From Cycloclasticus sp. (GTDB lineage Bacteria > Pseudomonadota > Gammaproteobacteria > Methylococcales > Cycloclasticaceae), in assembly GCA_018066825.1 (NCBI GenBank), contig JAGPVU010000097.1, positions 1-40,076 of the forward strand: DNA of 40,076 nt. The letters are read 5' to 3'. Both the position numbers and the translations under genes were made by a program. The notes under the pieces are model-generated. The model searched no databases. It saw only the letters and a list, made by a program, of their open reading frames with translations, and was not told where the DNA came from. Below, in pieces: positions 23,175-32,244 of this stretch; within the stretch, counting starts at the first letter, position 1; each line of letters starts with the position of its first letter.

Positions 23175-23996
23175 TTACCACGTCGCCCAAACCGGCTCAC
23201 ATTCGCTTGGGAAAGCCGCCATAGCGCCAATCTCGCTCCATTGACTGGGCTGGTGAAAGTCCGAACCACACGAGGCTAAAAGGTTTTTTTCATTACACAG
23301 CCGTGCCAGTTTATTGGTTTCATCTTTGTTTTGTTGGCCCGACACCACTTCCATGCCTGCGCCACCGGCCGCTATAAAGTCATCCAACAACGCCGATAGT
23401 TTAGTGCGCGTTAACTTATACTTTAAAGGATGAGCCAAAACGGCAACGCCACCCGCGCCAACAATCCACTCGACAATTTGCGGCAGTTCGGCCCAACACT
23501 GTTTGACATCGCCGGGCTTGCCATCACCTAAGTATTTTTTAAAGGCCGTTGCCATGTTTTTTACCGCCCCCATTTCAACCAAATGTTGGGCAAAATGAGG
23601 CCGACCGATATTGCTCTGGTTAGCGATCTCTTTGACTCGTTCAAAATCAATTGCTAAACCCAATTTAGTTAATCGCTGGTAGATCAGTTGCGCCCGTTCA
23701 CTACGCGCTTGTTCTTGTTGCGCTACGCCGCTCAAGATTGAGGCGCTAGTAAGGTCTATATTTAACCCCACAATGTGCACCCCGACACCGCGCCATTGGG
23801 TCGATAGTTCAATCCCTGCAATTAGCTGCAAGCCGTTTAGCGCTTGATTGCCAATCTGTTGGTAAGCGTCTATCGAATCGTGGTCGGTTATTGCCAATAT
23901 ATCGACAGAATTAGCTTGCGCGCGTTGCAGTAACTGCACCGGCGATAGGCTACCGTCTGACACCAAGGTGTGCGAATGAAGATCAATTTTTTGCAT
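23175..23996 (-). CDS. PHP domain protein (YciV/TrpH family)
   Basis: DLHSHT..SDG, AITDHD, GRPHFA, VLAHP, GSDFH. Confidence 0.92.
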   Translation of the reverse strand: MQKIDLHSHTLVSDGSLSPVQLLQRAQANSVDILAITDHDSIDAYQQIGNQALNGLQLIAGIELSTQWRGVGVHIVGLNIDLTSASILSGVAQQEQARSERAQLIYQRLTKLGLAIDFERVKEIANQSNIGRPHFAQHLVEMGAVKNMATAFKKYLGDGKPGDVKQCWAELPQIVEWIVGAGGVAVLAHPLKYKLTRTKLSALLDDFIAAGGAGMEVVSGQQNKDETNKLARLCNEKNLLASCGSDFHQPSQWSEIGAMAAFPSECEPVWATW

Positions 23997-24065
23997 GGCG
24001 ATTAGTTTACACCGCAAGCGTATCGAGAATGTTAAAATGGCGTTTTATTTACACAGAGCCAACTT

Positions 24066-24554
24066 ATGAGCCTAGCCATTAGCAAAGACACCGTTGTACA
24101 GTTTCACTACACCTTAAAAAATGACCAAGGCGAGACCCTTGAATCATCACTTGAACAACAACCCACGGCTATTTTATTTGGCCGCGGCGGTATTATTCCT
24201 GGGGTAGAAAACGCCATCGACGGCAAGCAAGCCGGCGACACCTTAAACCTAACGGTTAAACCTAAAGAGGGTTATGGCGAACGCATAGACGATTCGATCC
24301 AAAGCGTACCGGTTAAGCATTTGTCCGGTGCTAAAAAATGGCGCCCCGGCATGGTGGCTAGTGTACAAACCGATCACGGGCAGCGCCAAGTCACCGTGGT
24401 TAAAGTGGGAAAGTTTATGGTTAAAGTTGATACCAACCACCCCTTGGCAGGCCAAACTTTGCACTTTGATATTGAAATTGTTGACGTTCGTGCAGCCACT
24501 GCCGAAGAGCTAGCGCATGGCCACGCCCACGGCGCGGGTGGTCACCACCACTAA
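24066..24554 (+). CDS. slyD: FKBP-type peptidyl-prolyl isomerase SlyD
   Basis: VDTNHPLAGQTLHF, short His-rich tail HGHAHGAGGHHH. Confidence 0.92.
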   Translation: MSLAISKDTVVQFHYTLKNDQGETLESSLEQQPTAILFGRGGIIPGVENAIDGKQAGDTLNLTVKPKEGYGERIDDSIQSVPVKHLSGAKKWRPGMVASVQTDHGQRQVTVVKVGKFMVKVDTNHPLAGQTLHFDIEIVDVRAATAEELAHGHAHGAGGHHH

Positions 24555-24562
24555 CAAACCTC

Positions 24563-25204
24563 ATGTCTGATACGCCCATTTTATATTCATTTCGGCGTTG
24601 CCCATACGCCATGCGTGCACGCTTGGCGATCAGATACAGCGGCGTTAAGGTGCAACTGCGCGAAGTGGTGTTACGGCATAAACCCGCGGCCATGCTGGCC
24701 ATTTCGCCTAAAGCGACTGTTCCTGTTTTACTGTTGCCCGATGGTCGTGTGCTAGAAGAGAGCTGGGACATTGTGCATTGGGCCACAGCGGTAAACGATC
24801 CCGACGCTATACGTGGCGATGCAGCGTTAGTGTCACTGGCAAATGCGCTGGTTGAAAAAAATGATACTGACTTTAAACAGCACCTCGACCACTATAAATA
24901 CGCCGACCGGTTCCCCGAGTTTTCGGCTGAGCATTATCGCAGCCAAGCTGAAGGGTTTTTAGCACAACTGGAAGAAAAATTATCGCAGCATCAATTTTTA
25001 CTAACCGACACAATAAGCCTCGCCGACCTTGGCATCTTCCCTTTTGTTCGTCAATTTGCTCACGTCGATATCGACTGGTTTAGACAAAGCCCGTACCCCA
25101 ACGTCATTCAATGGATGGATTTCTTCCTTGATTCGGAACGCTTCAACAGCGTGATGAAAAAGTACCCAGCTTGGGCCGAAGGACAAGCACCGCTGCTGTT
25201 TTAA
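24563..25204 (+). CDS. Glutathione S-transferase family protein
   Basis: LYSFRRCPYAMRAR, SPKATVPVL, FPFVRQFA. Confidence 0.92.
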   Translation: MSDTPILYSFRRCPYAMRARLAIRYSGVKVQLREVVLRHKPAAMLAISPKATVPVLLLPDGRVLEESWDIVHWATAVNDPDAIRGDAALVSLANALVEKNDTDFKQHLDHYKYADRFPEFSAEHYRSQAEGFLAQLEEKLSQHQFLLTDTISLADLGIFPFVRQFAHVDIDWFRQSPYPNVIQWMDFFLDSERFNSVMKKYPAWAEGQAPLLF

Positions 25205-25261
25205 AACCCTTTCTTTCGTTTAAACTCTGCCTTAAGATGAAAGCCCCTAACGGAGAAACCA

Positions 25262-25765
25262 ATGGCGCATTTTATACACCGATTAATCCAACTCACTGCA
25301 CTGTGTGCGCTGTTGTCGGCCTGCGCCGGTATCACCTATCACGCTGAGCCGCCACAGATCAGTCTAAACAACCTACGCCTTGTTGACGCACAGTTGTTCG
25401 AGCAGCATTACGAACTAACCTTGCGGGTGCAAAACACTAACGATACCCCGTTGTATATAAAGGGGCTAAGCTACCAGCTAACGATCAACGGCACCGAGTT
25501 TGCCCATGGCGTAAGTCAGCATGCGATTGATATTGCTCCCTATGCTGAGCAGTTTGTTACGGTATCGCTTATTAGTAATACCTTAGGCGTTATTCAGCAA
25601 ATACAACAGGTATCACAATCAAATCAGCAAGCCGTACACTTTAGTTTGTCAGGCAATATCAGCATGGGAGCCATCAATTTGGCTACCCCTCTCTATAGCG
25701 TTCCGTTTAGAAAAGAGGGTGCAATAAATTTGGCTGATTTAATGCCCGTTAAAGGAACCAACTAA
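25262..25765 (+). CDS. LEA type 2 / WHy domain lipoprotein
   Basis: Lipobox LSAC, LRVQNTN (NPN-like), GLSYQLTING. Confidence 0.82.
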   Translation: MAHFIHRLIQLTALCALLSACAGITYHAEPPQISLNNLRLVDAQLFEQHYELTLRVQNTNDTPLYIKGLSYQLTINGTEFAHGVSQHAIDIAPYAEQFVTVSLISNTLGVIQQIQQVSQSNQQAVHFSLSGNISMGAINLATPLYSVPFRKEGAINLADLMPVKGTN

Positions 25766-25807
25766 TGGTAATTTCACTCTAAGCAATCAATCAATAGGGA
25801 GATGAGT

Positions 25808-26275
25808 ATGAATAAACTTATAATCAGCGCACTACTCGCTTTAACCGTGGCCGCATGTGCTGGCCCCAACCCGTATGGAAATTCAACCGAACGTTACGGC
25901 AGTAGTGAAGCGAATCAAACCATGCAGGTGTCACACGGCACGGTTATAGACGTGCAGCCTGTCACCATCGATTCAGAAGGTAACGTGGTGGGTAAAATTG
26001 CCGGCGGCCTTATCGGCGGCATTGGCGGCAGTAGTGTTGGCGGTGGGCGCGGTAGCGCAGCAGCAGCCGTTGCAGGCGCCGTGGTCGGTGGCATGATCGG
26101 TAATAAAGTGGAAGAAATGTACAATAAAGCCAACGGCGTGCAAATTACCGTGCAACTCGATAACGGTCAGGTGCAATCTATTGTACAAGAGGCCAACGTC
26201 AACGCACTATTCAGAAAAGGCGATCACGTTAAGGTCGTAAAAAGCGCCAGTAGTAAGGCGCGCGTTATCCAGTAA
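25808..26275 (+). CDS. Glycine-zipper 2TM outer-membrane lipoprotein (SlyB-like)
   Basis: Lipobox VAAC, GGLIGGIGGSSVGGGRG glycine zipper; alternative start 25802. Confidence 0.88.
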   Translation: MNKLIISALLALTVAACAGPNPYGNSTERYGSSEANQTMQVSHGTVIDVQPVTIDSEGNVVGKIAGGLIGGIGGSSVGGGRGSAAAAVAGAVVGGMIGNKVEEMYNKANGVQITVQLDNGQVQSIVQEANVNALFRKGDHVKVVKSASSKARVIQ

Positions 26276-26281
26276 TCGGGC

Positions 26282-27130
26282 TTACTTTCCGCCCAACATA
26301 CCCCTAATTGCTGCCGGCAAATCGGCTGGCAGCAAAATGGTTTTGGCATTATCAGACTTGGCCATATCACGGATCGCATCGACGTATTTTTCACCCAAAA
26401 TATACATCACGGGTAACTCTTTATTTGCAATCGCCTCGGTTACCATCGTAATCGCTGTTTTACTCGCCTGCGCCAAAACAATTTGTGCTTCGCCGTCACG
26501 TTTAGACGCTTCCAAACGACCTTCAGCTTCTAATATGGCTGCTGATTTTTCACCTTCTGCTCGTGTGACCGTAGCACGGCGCTGCCGTTCTGCCGCAGCT
26601 TGTTCTTCCATCGCATTTTGCATCGTATCCGATGGCGTAATATCTTGAATCTCGACGGTTTTAAGCGTGATACCCCAATCGGCAATATCATCGGAAATAG
26701 CTTCTTTTAATCGTGCCTTAATTAAATCCCTAGACGATAAGGCCTCGTCTAATTTCATTTCGCCGATAATGGAGCGCAACGAGGTTTGGACCAAGGTTCT
26801 AATCGCTAGCCGATAGTCTTCCACCCCGTACACCGCTTTTTCTGGCGCAACAATATTAATATACGAGACCGCATTGGCGATAATCACTGCGTTATCTTCG
26901 GTAATCACCTCTTGCGAAGGTATGTCCATGACGATGTCTTTAGTGGTTACTCGATACGCCACTTGGTCAATATACGGCACCACTAAATTTAACCCCGGAC
27001 CAAGGGTTACATGGTATTTACCCAAGCGTTGTACAACAAACTTAGAACCTTGGGGCACCAACTTAACCCCCATCGCAACCGTTACGAACACTAGCCCAAA
27101 AAATACCGCCGCTACAATAAGTCCATCCAT
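26282..27130 (-). CDS. SPFH/band 7 stomatin-like protein (QmcA type)
   Basis: N-terminal TM, QRLGKY, QEVITEDN, AERQRRA coiled coil; paired with NfeD. Confidence 0.92.
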   Translation of the reverse strand: MDGLIVAAVFFGLVFVTVAMGVKLVPQGSKFVVQRLGKYHVTLGPGLNLVVPYIDQVAYRVTTKDIVMDIPSQEVITEDNAVIIANAVSYINIVAPEKAVYGVEDYRLAIRTLVQTSLRSIIGEMKLDEALSSRDLIKARLKEAISDDIADWGITLKTVEIQDITPSDTMQNAMEEQAAAERQRRATVTRAEGEKSAAILEAEGRLEASKRDGEAQIVLAQASKTAITMVTEAIANKELPVMYILGEKYVDAIRDMAKSDNAKTILLPADLPAAIRGMLGGK

Positions 27131-27148
27131 CGTCCCGTCCTTTTTAAA

Positions 27149-27607
27149 TTAAATTACTTTGTTAACCACCAGGGTATTCCCTGAGGCTTCTTTAATCATT
27201 ACCCTATCACCGGTAACCACCGGCTCATCACAAATAAATTCCCATTCGTCGTCGCCTAATATGGGTGTGGTAAAGCGCACGTGCCCACGCGAGGTTTCCG
27301 TTGGTGATTTAATGACCATGCCCGTTTCACCGGCGATGGCTTCTTGAGTTATACCTGCCTTGGTGCGATCGATCATTTTAGGGCGTAAAAACTTAAACCA
27401 GGCCGCTGCAAACACGACCGAAAAAACAGCCCAAATAAACAGCTGCCAGCCAAGCGTTAACGCAGGGTTCAGTGCAAGAAAAGCCGCCACCACAAATGCG
27501 CCTAAGCCAAACCATAACACCGTAAAGCTGGGTATAAAAATTTCAAAACCCACCAACAACATACCCAATACTAGCCAATGCCAATAAGCCAACTCTAGTT
27601 CCATCAT
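27149..27607 (-). CDS. NfeD family protein (short YbbJ type)
   Basis: WHWLVLG..EIFIP, GETG, OB-like C-terminus; upstream of SPFH gene. Confidence 0.9.
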   Translation of the reverse strand: MMELELAYWHWLVLGMLLVGFEIFIPSFTVLWFGLGAFVVAAFLALNPALTLGWQLFIWAVFSVVFAAAWFKFLRPKMIDRTKAGITQEAIAGETGMVIKSPTETSRGHVRFTTPILGDDEWEFICDEPVVTGDRVMIKEASGNTLVVNKVI

Positions 27608-27641
27608 CGCTGTTTCCTTTGTTTGTTCACGCCTAGTTGTC

Positions 27642-28250
27642 CTAGCTTAACTGATTTAATAGCACCTGTGGGTCGTTATAATCATAGCGTAACACCTGCG
27701 TTTGCTCTCCCTGTTGCAACACGATACTCGGAAAGCTATTAACCCCCATCCCTCTGGCCAGCTTTACCTCCATTAACAGTTGTTGCTGAGTACTGGGGTG
27801 GTTTAGCAATTCGCTAAAGTCGTTTGTATCAAGCCCTAACTGGGCCGCACAGGCAATTAACACCGCATCATCGGCTGGGTTTTTAGCGTGTAAATAATAC
27901 GCCTGTTGAATCGCCAATAGCATTGGTTTTTCTGCCGCTTTATCCAGCGTTCTTGCTGCAATCAACGCACGAGACGACGGGTAGGTTGAGCGCCGAGGAT
28001 GGCAAGTGGTCCAAAAATTGTGATTAAACTGGGTGCCCGGTACGAGTTGTTGAATGCGATGCCAGCCATGGCTAATTTTTTGTTGTAACTCCGCGTCCAT
28101 GGGCAGATCACTGTCAGGCGCAAGGCCGCCTAACAGATAACGCACCTCTACCGACTCGGGCAAGCCAGCCTGTATCGCCGCCCAAGTTTTATTAAATGCC
28201 CAACACCAGCTGCACATCGGGTCGTGTACGTAATACAACACCTTATGCAT
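27642..28250 (-). CDS. DsbA/FrnE-like thioredoxin-fold protein
   Basis: HDPMCSWCW CxxC and GVNSFPS cis-Pro loop; start at ATG 28250. Confidence 0.88.
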   Translation of the reverse strand: MHKVLYYVHDPMCSWCWAFNKTWAAIQAGLPESVEVRYLLGGLAPDSDLPMDAELQQKISHGWHRIQQLVPGTQFNHNFWTTCHPRRSTYPSSRALIAARTLDKAAEKPMLLAIQQAYYLHAKNPADDAVLIACAAQLGLDTNDFSELLNHPSTQQQLLMEVKLARGMGVNSFPSIVLQQGEQTQVLRYDYNDPQVLLNQLS

Positions 28251-29052
28251 ACTGATCGACCCAGTTTTTAATAATCGCTTGCAGTTGGCGCAAACCATCG
28301 GTCAGCGCCGCAGGCCCGGGTTGCAAAATATCCACCGACTTTATTTCAAAAATTTGATTGGTTTTAACCGCAGGAATCGCCTGCCAGCCCTCACGCTCGA
28401 TCACCCGTTGGGGGCGAAACTTTTTACCACACCACGAGCCGATAATAATATCCGGCGCGCGCTCGATAACCCGCGTATGGTCGGCAATAATTCTATTTTT
28501 ACCGCCGCCTTCTTTTGATAACTCTGGAAAGCAATCGACCCCACCGGCTATTTCAGCCAATTCCGATACCCAGCGAATACCCGAGATCAACGGATCATCC
28601 CATTCTTCAAAATAGATGGTCGGTTTTTTCTTAAACGCCTTGGCTTGCTCAAGACATTCGCTAATGTTTTGTTGGTATTGGCTTACCAACACCGCCGCTT
28701 TTTCTGGCTCGTTTATCAACGCGCCTAGGGTAAACAGCATAGTAAAAATCTCGTCCACCGAGCGCTGGTTAAATACGTGCACTTGCAAGCCTGCTTTTAC
28801 CAGTTCGGCGGTTATATCCGCCTGCATATCCGAAAAGGCCAACACTAAATCGGGCTTTAAGGCCAAAATTTTATCGATTTTAGCCGAGGTAAACGCCGAC
28901 ACTTTAGGCTTTTCCTTACGTGCAATGGCGGGGCGTACGGTAAAACCCGAAATGCCCACAATACGGTGTTGCTCGCCCATTAAATAGAAGGCTTCGGTAG
29001 TTTCCTCGGTTAGGCACACAATGCGTTGTGCACCGGTATTGCTTTTTATCAT
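28243..29052 (-). CDS. BtuF-like (helical-backbone) cobalamin/Fe-complex binding protein
   Basis: RIVCLTEETTE, LKPDLV, YFEEWDDP, GSWCGK, LQPGP. Confidence 0.8.
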   Translation of the reverse strand: MIKSNTGAQRIVCLTEETTEAFYLMGEQHRIVGISGFTVRPAIARKEKPKVSAFTSAKIDKILALKPDLVLAFSDMQADITAELVKAGLQVHVFNQRSVDEIFTMLFTLGALINEPEKAAVLVSQYQQNISECLEQAKAFKKKPTIYFEEWDDPLISGIRWVSELAEIAGGVDCFPELSKEGGGKNRIIADHTRVIERAPDIIIGSWCGKKFRPQRVIEREGWQAIPAVKTNQIFEIKSVDILQPGPAALTDGLRQLQAIIKNWVDQYA

Positions 29053-29454
29053 TTTGACTCGCCTACAGCTTTCAGAAGACACATTAAATTAAGGGTTTAT
29101 TCTTCATTATAAAAGTGAATGGACGTAACAATCCAATGAATAAACCTTTGCAACTTTCGGGAGCCTAACACTTTTTAATCAAATCCTTTAATCACACAGC
29201 TTCTATTACATACCAAGAATCTAAGTAATGTTATGTTTGAGAAGACATAAGCTGGCCTTGAGTATTAACAGCGTTTGAGAAAAACGCTTGCTCATCGGCA
29301 CCCCCAGTTGCAATCGTTTAAACGACGATGACCTTTATCTACAGAAATTGTAGTCAATCGTCCTTTTTTCCATTTCATGTATACTTAAACTAAACCACAC
29401 TGCATGAAAATGCGGCGTCTATCATCACCCTCGAAGTAAACTAGGAGTTGTGTT

Positions 29455-30639
29455 ATGAAATTAGCCATCTTGTCTTGCGGTCCAAATTCATACAGTACGC
29501 GAAGGCTAAAAGAAGCCGCTGAATCTCGTGGTCATCAAGTAAAAGTATTGAATACTTTGAAGTTTGCCATTGACCTTGAGCGTGAATCACCAGATCTCTA
29601 CTACCAGCAAAAGCAACTTAGCCACTACGACGCTGTCCTGCCACGCATCGGTGCTTCTATTACTTACTATGGTACCGCAGTTGTTCGTCAGTTCCAGGAA
29701 ATGGGCGTCTTCTGTGCGAACAGTGCCCATGGAATTCTTAATTCACGCGATAAACTGCGCAGTTTACAAATTTTAAGTCGCCACCATATCGGTATCCCTA
29801 AAACAAACTTTGTGCACCACAAAAAAGATGTTTTACCAGCGATTCAGCGTGTCGGCGGGGCTCCCGTTATTATTAAACTAATCGAAGGTACTCAGGGTAT
29901 TGGCGTCCTACTGGCAGAAAGTACCAAATCAGCAGAAGCGATCATCGAACTCTTACAAAGTCAGAAACAGAACGTTCTGGTGCAAAAGTTTGTTGCTGAG
30001 AGTAAAGGCAAAGATATACGCGCATTGGTGGTCGGCGATCGAGTGGTCGCGGCCATGCGACGGGTCGCACAGGGTCAAGAGTTCAGAAGCAACGTCCATC
30101 GCGGTGGTATAGCAGAGCCAGTTGAACTCGATGAACAGTATCGGGAAACCGCTGTCCGTGCGGCGCAGATATTAGGCCTGCAGGTTGCGGGCGTCGATAT
30201 GCTAGAAGGCGCAGATGGGCCGCAAATAATGGAGGTGAATTCATCTCCCGGCCTTGAGGGAATCGAAAAATGCACCCAGCTTGATATCGCCGGTGCTATA
30301 ACAGATTATATCGCAGCCCAGGTCGACTTCCCAGAAATCGATATTAGGCAACGCCTAACAGTTAGCCGCGGTTATGGTATTAGTGATATTGTTATCCCTG
30401 CAGAGTCTAATCTTGTTGGCAAGAGCATCACTGATTCGGGACTATTGGAACAAGACATCAATATCCTAGACATTTCCCGGGGTAATAAAGTGATCCCAAA
30501 CCCTAAAGACTCAAGAATCCTTGAGCCGGACGACAAACTACTTTGTTTTGGCAAGCTCGAGTCAATGAGGGCCTTAGTTCCCGCAAGTGCACGCCGCAAA
30601 AGAAAACCAAAAATCAAGCAACTTAAGGACCATACTTGA
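29455..30639 (+). CDS. rimK: RimK family ATP-grasp alpha-L-glutamate ligase with C-terminal TrkA-C (RCK_C)-like domain
   Basis: YSTRRL, SRDKLRSLQ, EGTQGIGV, FRSNVHRGG, EVNSSPGLEG; about 100 extra C-terminal aa. Confidence 0.88.
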   Translation: MKLAILSCGPNSYSTRRLKEAAESRGHQVKVLNTLKFAIDLERESPDLYYQQKQLSHYDAVLPRIGASITYYGTAVVRQFQEMGVFCANSAHGILNSRDKLRSLQILSRHHIGIPKTNFVHHKKDVLPAIQRVGGAPVIIKLIEGTQGIGVLLAESTKSAEAIIELLQSQKQNVLVQKFVAESKGKDIRALVVGDRVVAAMRRVAQGQEFRSNVHRGGIAEPVELDEQYRETAVRAAQILGLQVAGVDMLEGADGPQIMEVNSSPGLEGIEKCTQLDIAGAITDYIAAQVDFPEIDIRQRLTVSRGYGISDIVIPAESNLVGKSITDSGLLEQDINILDISRGNKVIPNPKDSRILEPDDKLLCFGKLESMRALVPASARRKRKPKIKQLKDHT

Positions 30640-30823
30640 GTATCTCAGCCTTAACTTTCAATTAAGAACGTTAACAAATGCAGGAGAAGATTGTAAAATC
30701 ATATCTAATTTTGTCGGTAAGTAATTACGGAGGGCATTTGGAATTACCTGAAGCACAAACACCAACGAAAGAACTTAACAAATCATTCAACATCAATGCA
30801 GCCGTCTCCATACAGAGGATAAA

Positions 30824-31168
30824 ATGATTATAGAAAAGGGTGAAAAGGTACATGTCATGTATAGAGCGCTTTACGAAAATTCGACTCGACGTCATTTTTT
30901 GGGTGAGGTAAAGATGGCTGAAGGTGCAAAATGCCGCCTCGAAGGATATGTGTTTTTATATGATCAAAGAACAACAGAATTTATACGCAAACCAGAAAAA
31001 CGTATCACAATAATTGACTTATCTGAGAGCGGGTACATTACGAACATTATTGATCTTGAAGCTAATCTAGATAATGTGGTTTACAAATATGCTCAAGGAG
31101 TTGGACTTATGGCCACCGACAATAATGGGTTTTCATTAAACATTAACGAGTTCGGAACAAAAAGTTAG
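30824..31168 (+). CDS. Hypothetical protein (114 aa, beta-rich)
   Basis: GAGGA RBS, clean ORF, AT-rich codon usage. Confidence 0.75.
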   Translation: MIIEKGEKVHVMYRALYENSTRRHFLGEVKMAEGAKCRLEGYVFLYDQRTTEFIRKPEKRITIIDLSESGYITNIIDLEANLDNVVYKYAQGVGLMATDNNGFSLNINEFGTKS

Positions 31169-31181
31169 TACGTATGAATTT

Positions 31182-31319
31182 GCATAACTAATTGTTCATA
31201 TGCGATTTTCACTACGCCGTGCTATACCTCCATCCATGCAGACAGAATAATTTTTATACTGCCCCTTCTTATACCATCCTTTTAGACCAACTCTTTGCCC
31301 TATGACAAAGGTGTTAACT
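31182..31319 (+). repeat. Degenerate attC-like site
   Basis: GCATAAC-TAATT-GTTCATA ... TATGAC-AAAGGT-GTTAACT, 138 bp, starting 13 bp after a stop codon. Confidence 0.4.
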
Positions 31320-31509
31320 ATGCCGAGAAAATACGGATGCAATCAACATCAAAAGGATGCAGGCTAGATTGGTTATAGGGCGGTGCAAAATTGACTACAT
31401 TAAATATGTACCACCAACTTTGGTGGGCATATTTAAAAAAAGCCTGAGGGAACTTATGTTTCAAATTCTTTTATCGCGTTAAGAATTATTTCTTTTTTGG
31501 AATAACTTG

Positions 31510-31536
31510 AATCAATAGGGTCAGACTCGATTGATT
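31510..31536. repeat. 27-bp imperfect palindrome, REP-like
   Basis: AATCAATAGGGTCAGACTCGATTGATT. Confidence 0.45.
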
Positions 31537-31755
31537 TAGACATTTTTAGGCTGTTACGAATAGTTCGTTTACACAACACACCTAACATAAATCCAGCATT
31601 AAATGCTTTTACTCAGTATTATTTGGTAGTAAGCTCAACGTTAAGATAAATTGAAGGGAATCAATGGCATGGAGATAAAGCCGAAAACCATAACCGCGCC
31701 AACAGCCACTTACGGCTGATTGTAATGATAGGTGTAAAAACCAAAGGATGATTAT

Positions 31756-32175
31756 ATGTTGATGATTGAGCACAAAGATATTGGGTGGTGGTACTGGCTT
31801 GTAACGGCAGGGCTGCTTAGTTATGGTGTTTTTGGGCATTTTATCGGCTTTTTATTAGCCATTGGCCTGACGATAGTTCAATTAATTCACTTTATTATTC
31901 GAGAAAAAAGCATTACTGCTTTTCCTGTCCAAGTGCGTTTTTGTTATTTAATGTTGCTTATTGTTGCCTTACCTGGGCCGTTACAATGGATCTATTGGAT
32001 TCCTACCATTGGCACGTGGGCACAGATCTTAGTCGGTTACTGCGCAATGGCGCGCTTTGTATCATTATTCCCTTGGAACCGAAGTGAGCCGTTTTCTTTT
32101 GCATTGCTGCAGAAAACATTTTTATCAAGGCCCGTTAAAGGGAACATTCAACAAGGCTTTGCTGGCGATAAATAA
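31756..32175 (+). CDS. Hypothetical membrane protein
   Basis: AAAGGA RBS, about 4 hydrophobic segments, FPVQVR and GYC motifs. Confidence 0.8.
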   Translation: MLMIEHKDIGWWYWLVTAGLLSYGVFGHFIGFLLAIGLTIVQLIHFIIREKSITAFPVQVRFCYLMLLIVALPGPLQWIYWIPTIGTWAQILVGYCAMARFVSLFPWNRSEPFSFALLQKTFLSRPVKGNIQQGFAGDK

Positions 32176-32244
32176 CACGCGAGAATTAACTGCACCCTTA
32201 GACACATAACAGGCGCTATTTGATAACAAAGGAGACACGTTCTA

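Noticed and set aside
29163-29236. Complete attC site GCCTAAC...GTTATGT before rimK
   Set aside because: Outer boxes and length fit but the inner L boxes do not pair; counted only as weak support for the array idea.
29053-29454. Cobalamin riboswitch upstream of the BtuF-like gene
   Set aside because: Only a GCAACTG fragment on the minus strand; no GGGAA / GCCACTG / B12-box arrangement visible.
31609-31839. 76-aa minus-strand ORF
   Set aside because: Overlaps the better-supported 31756 gene; no motif or RBS.
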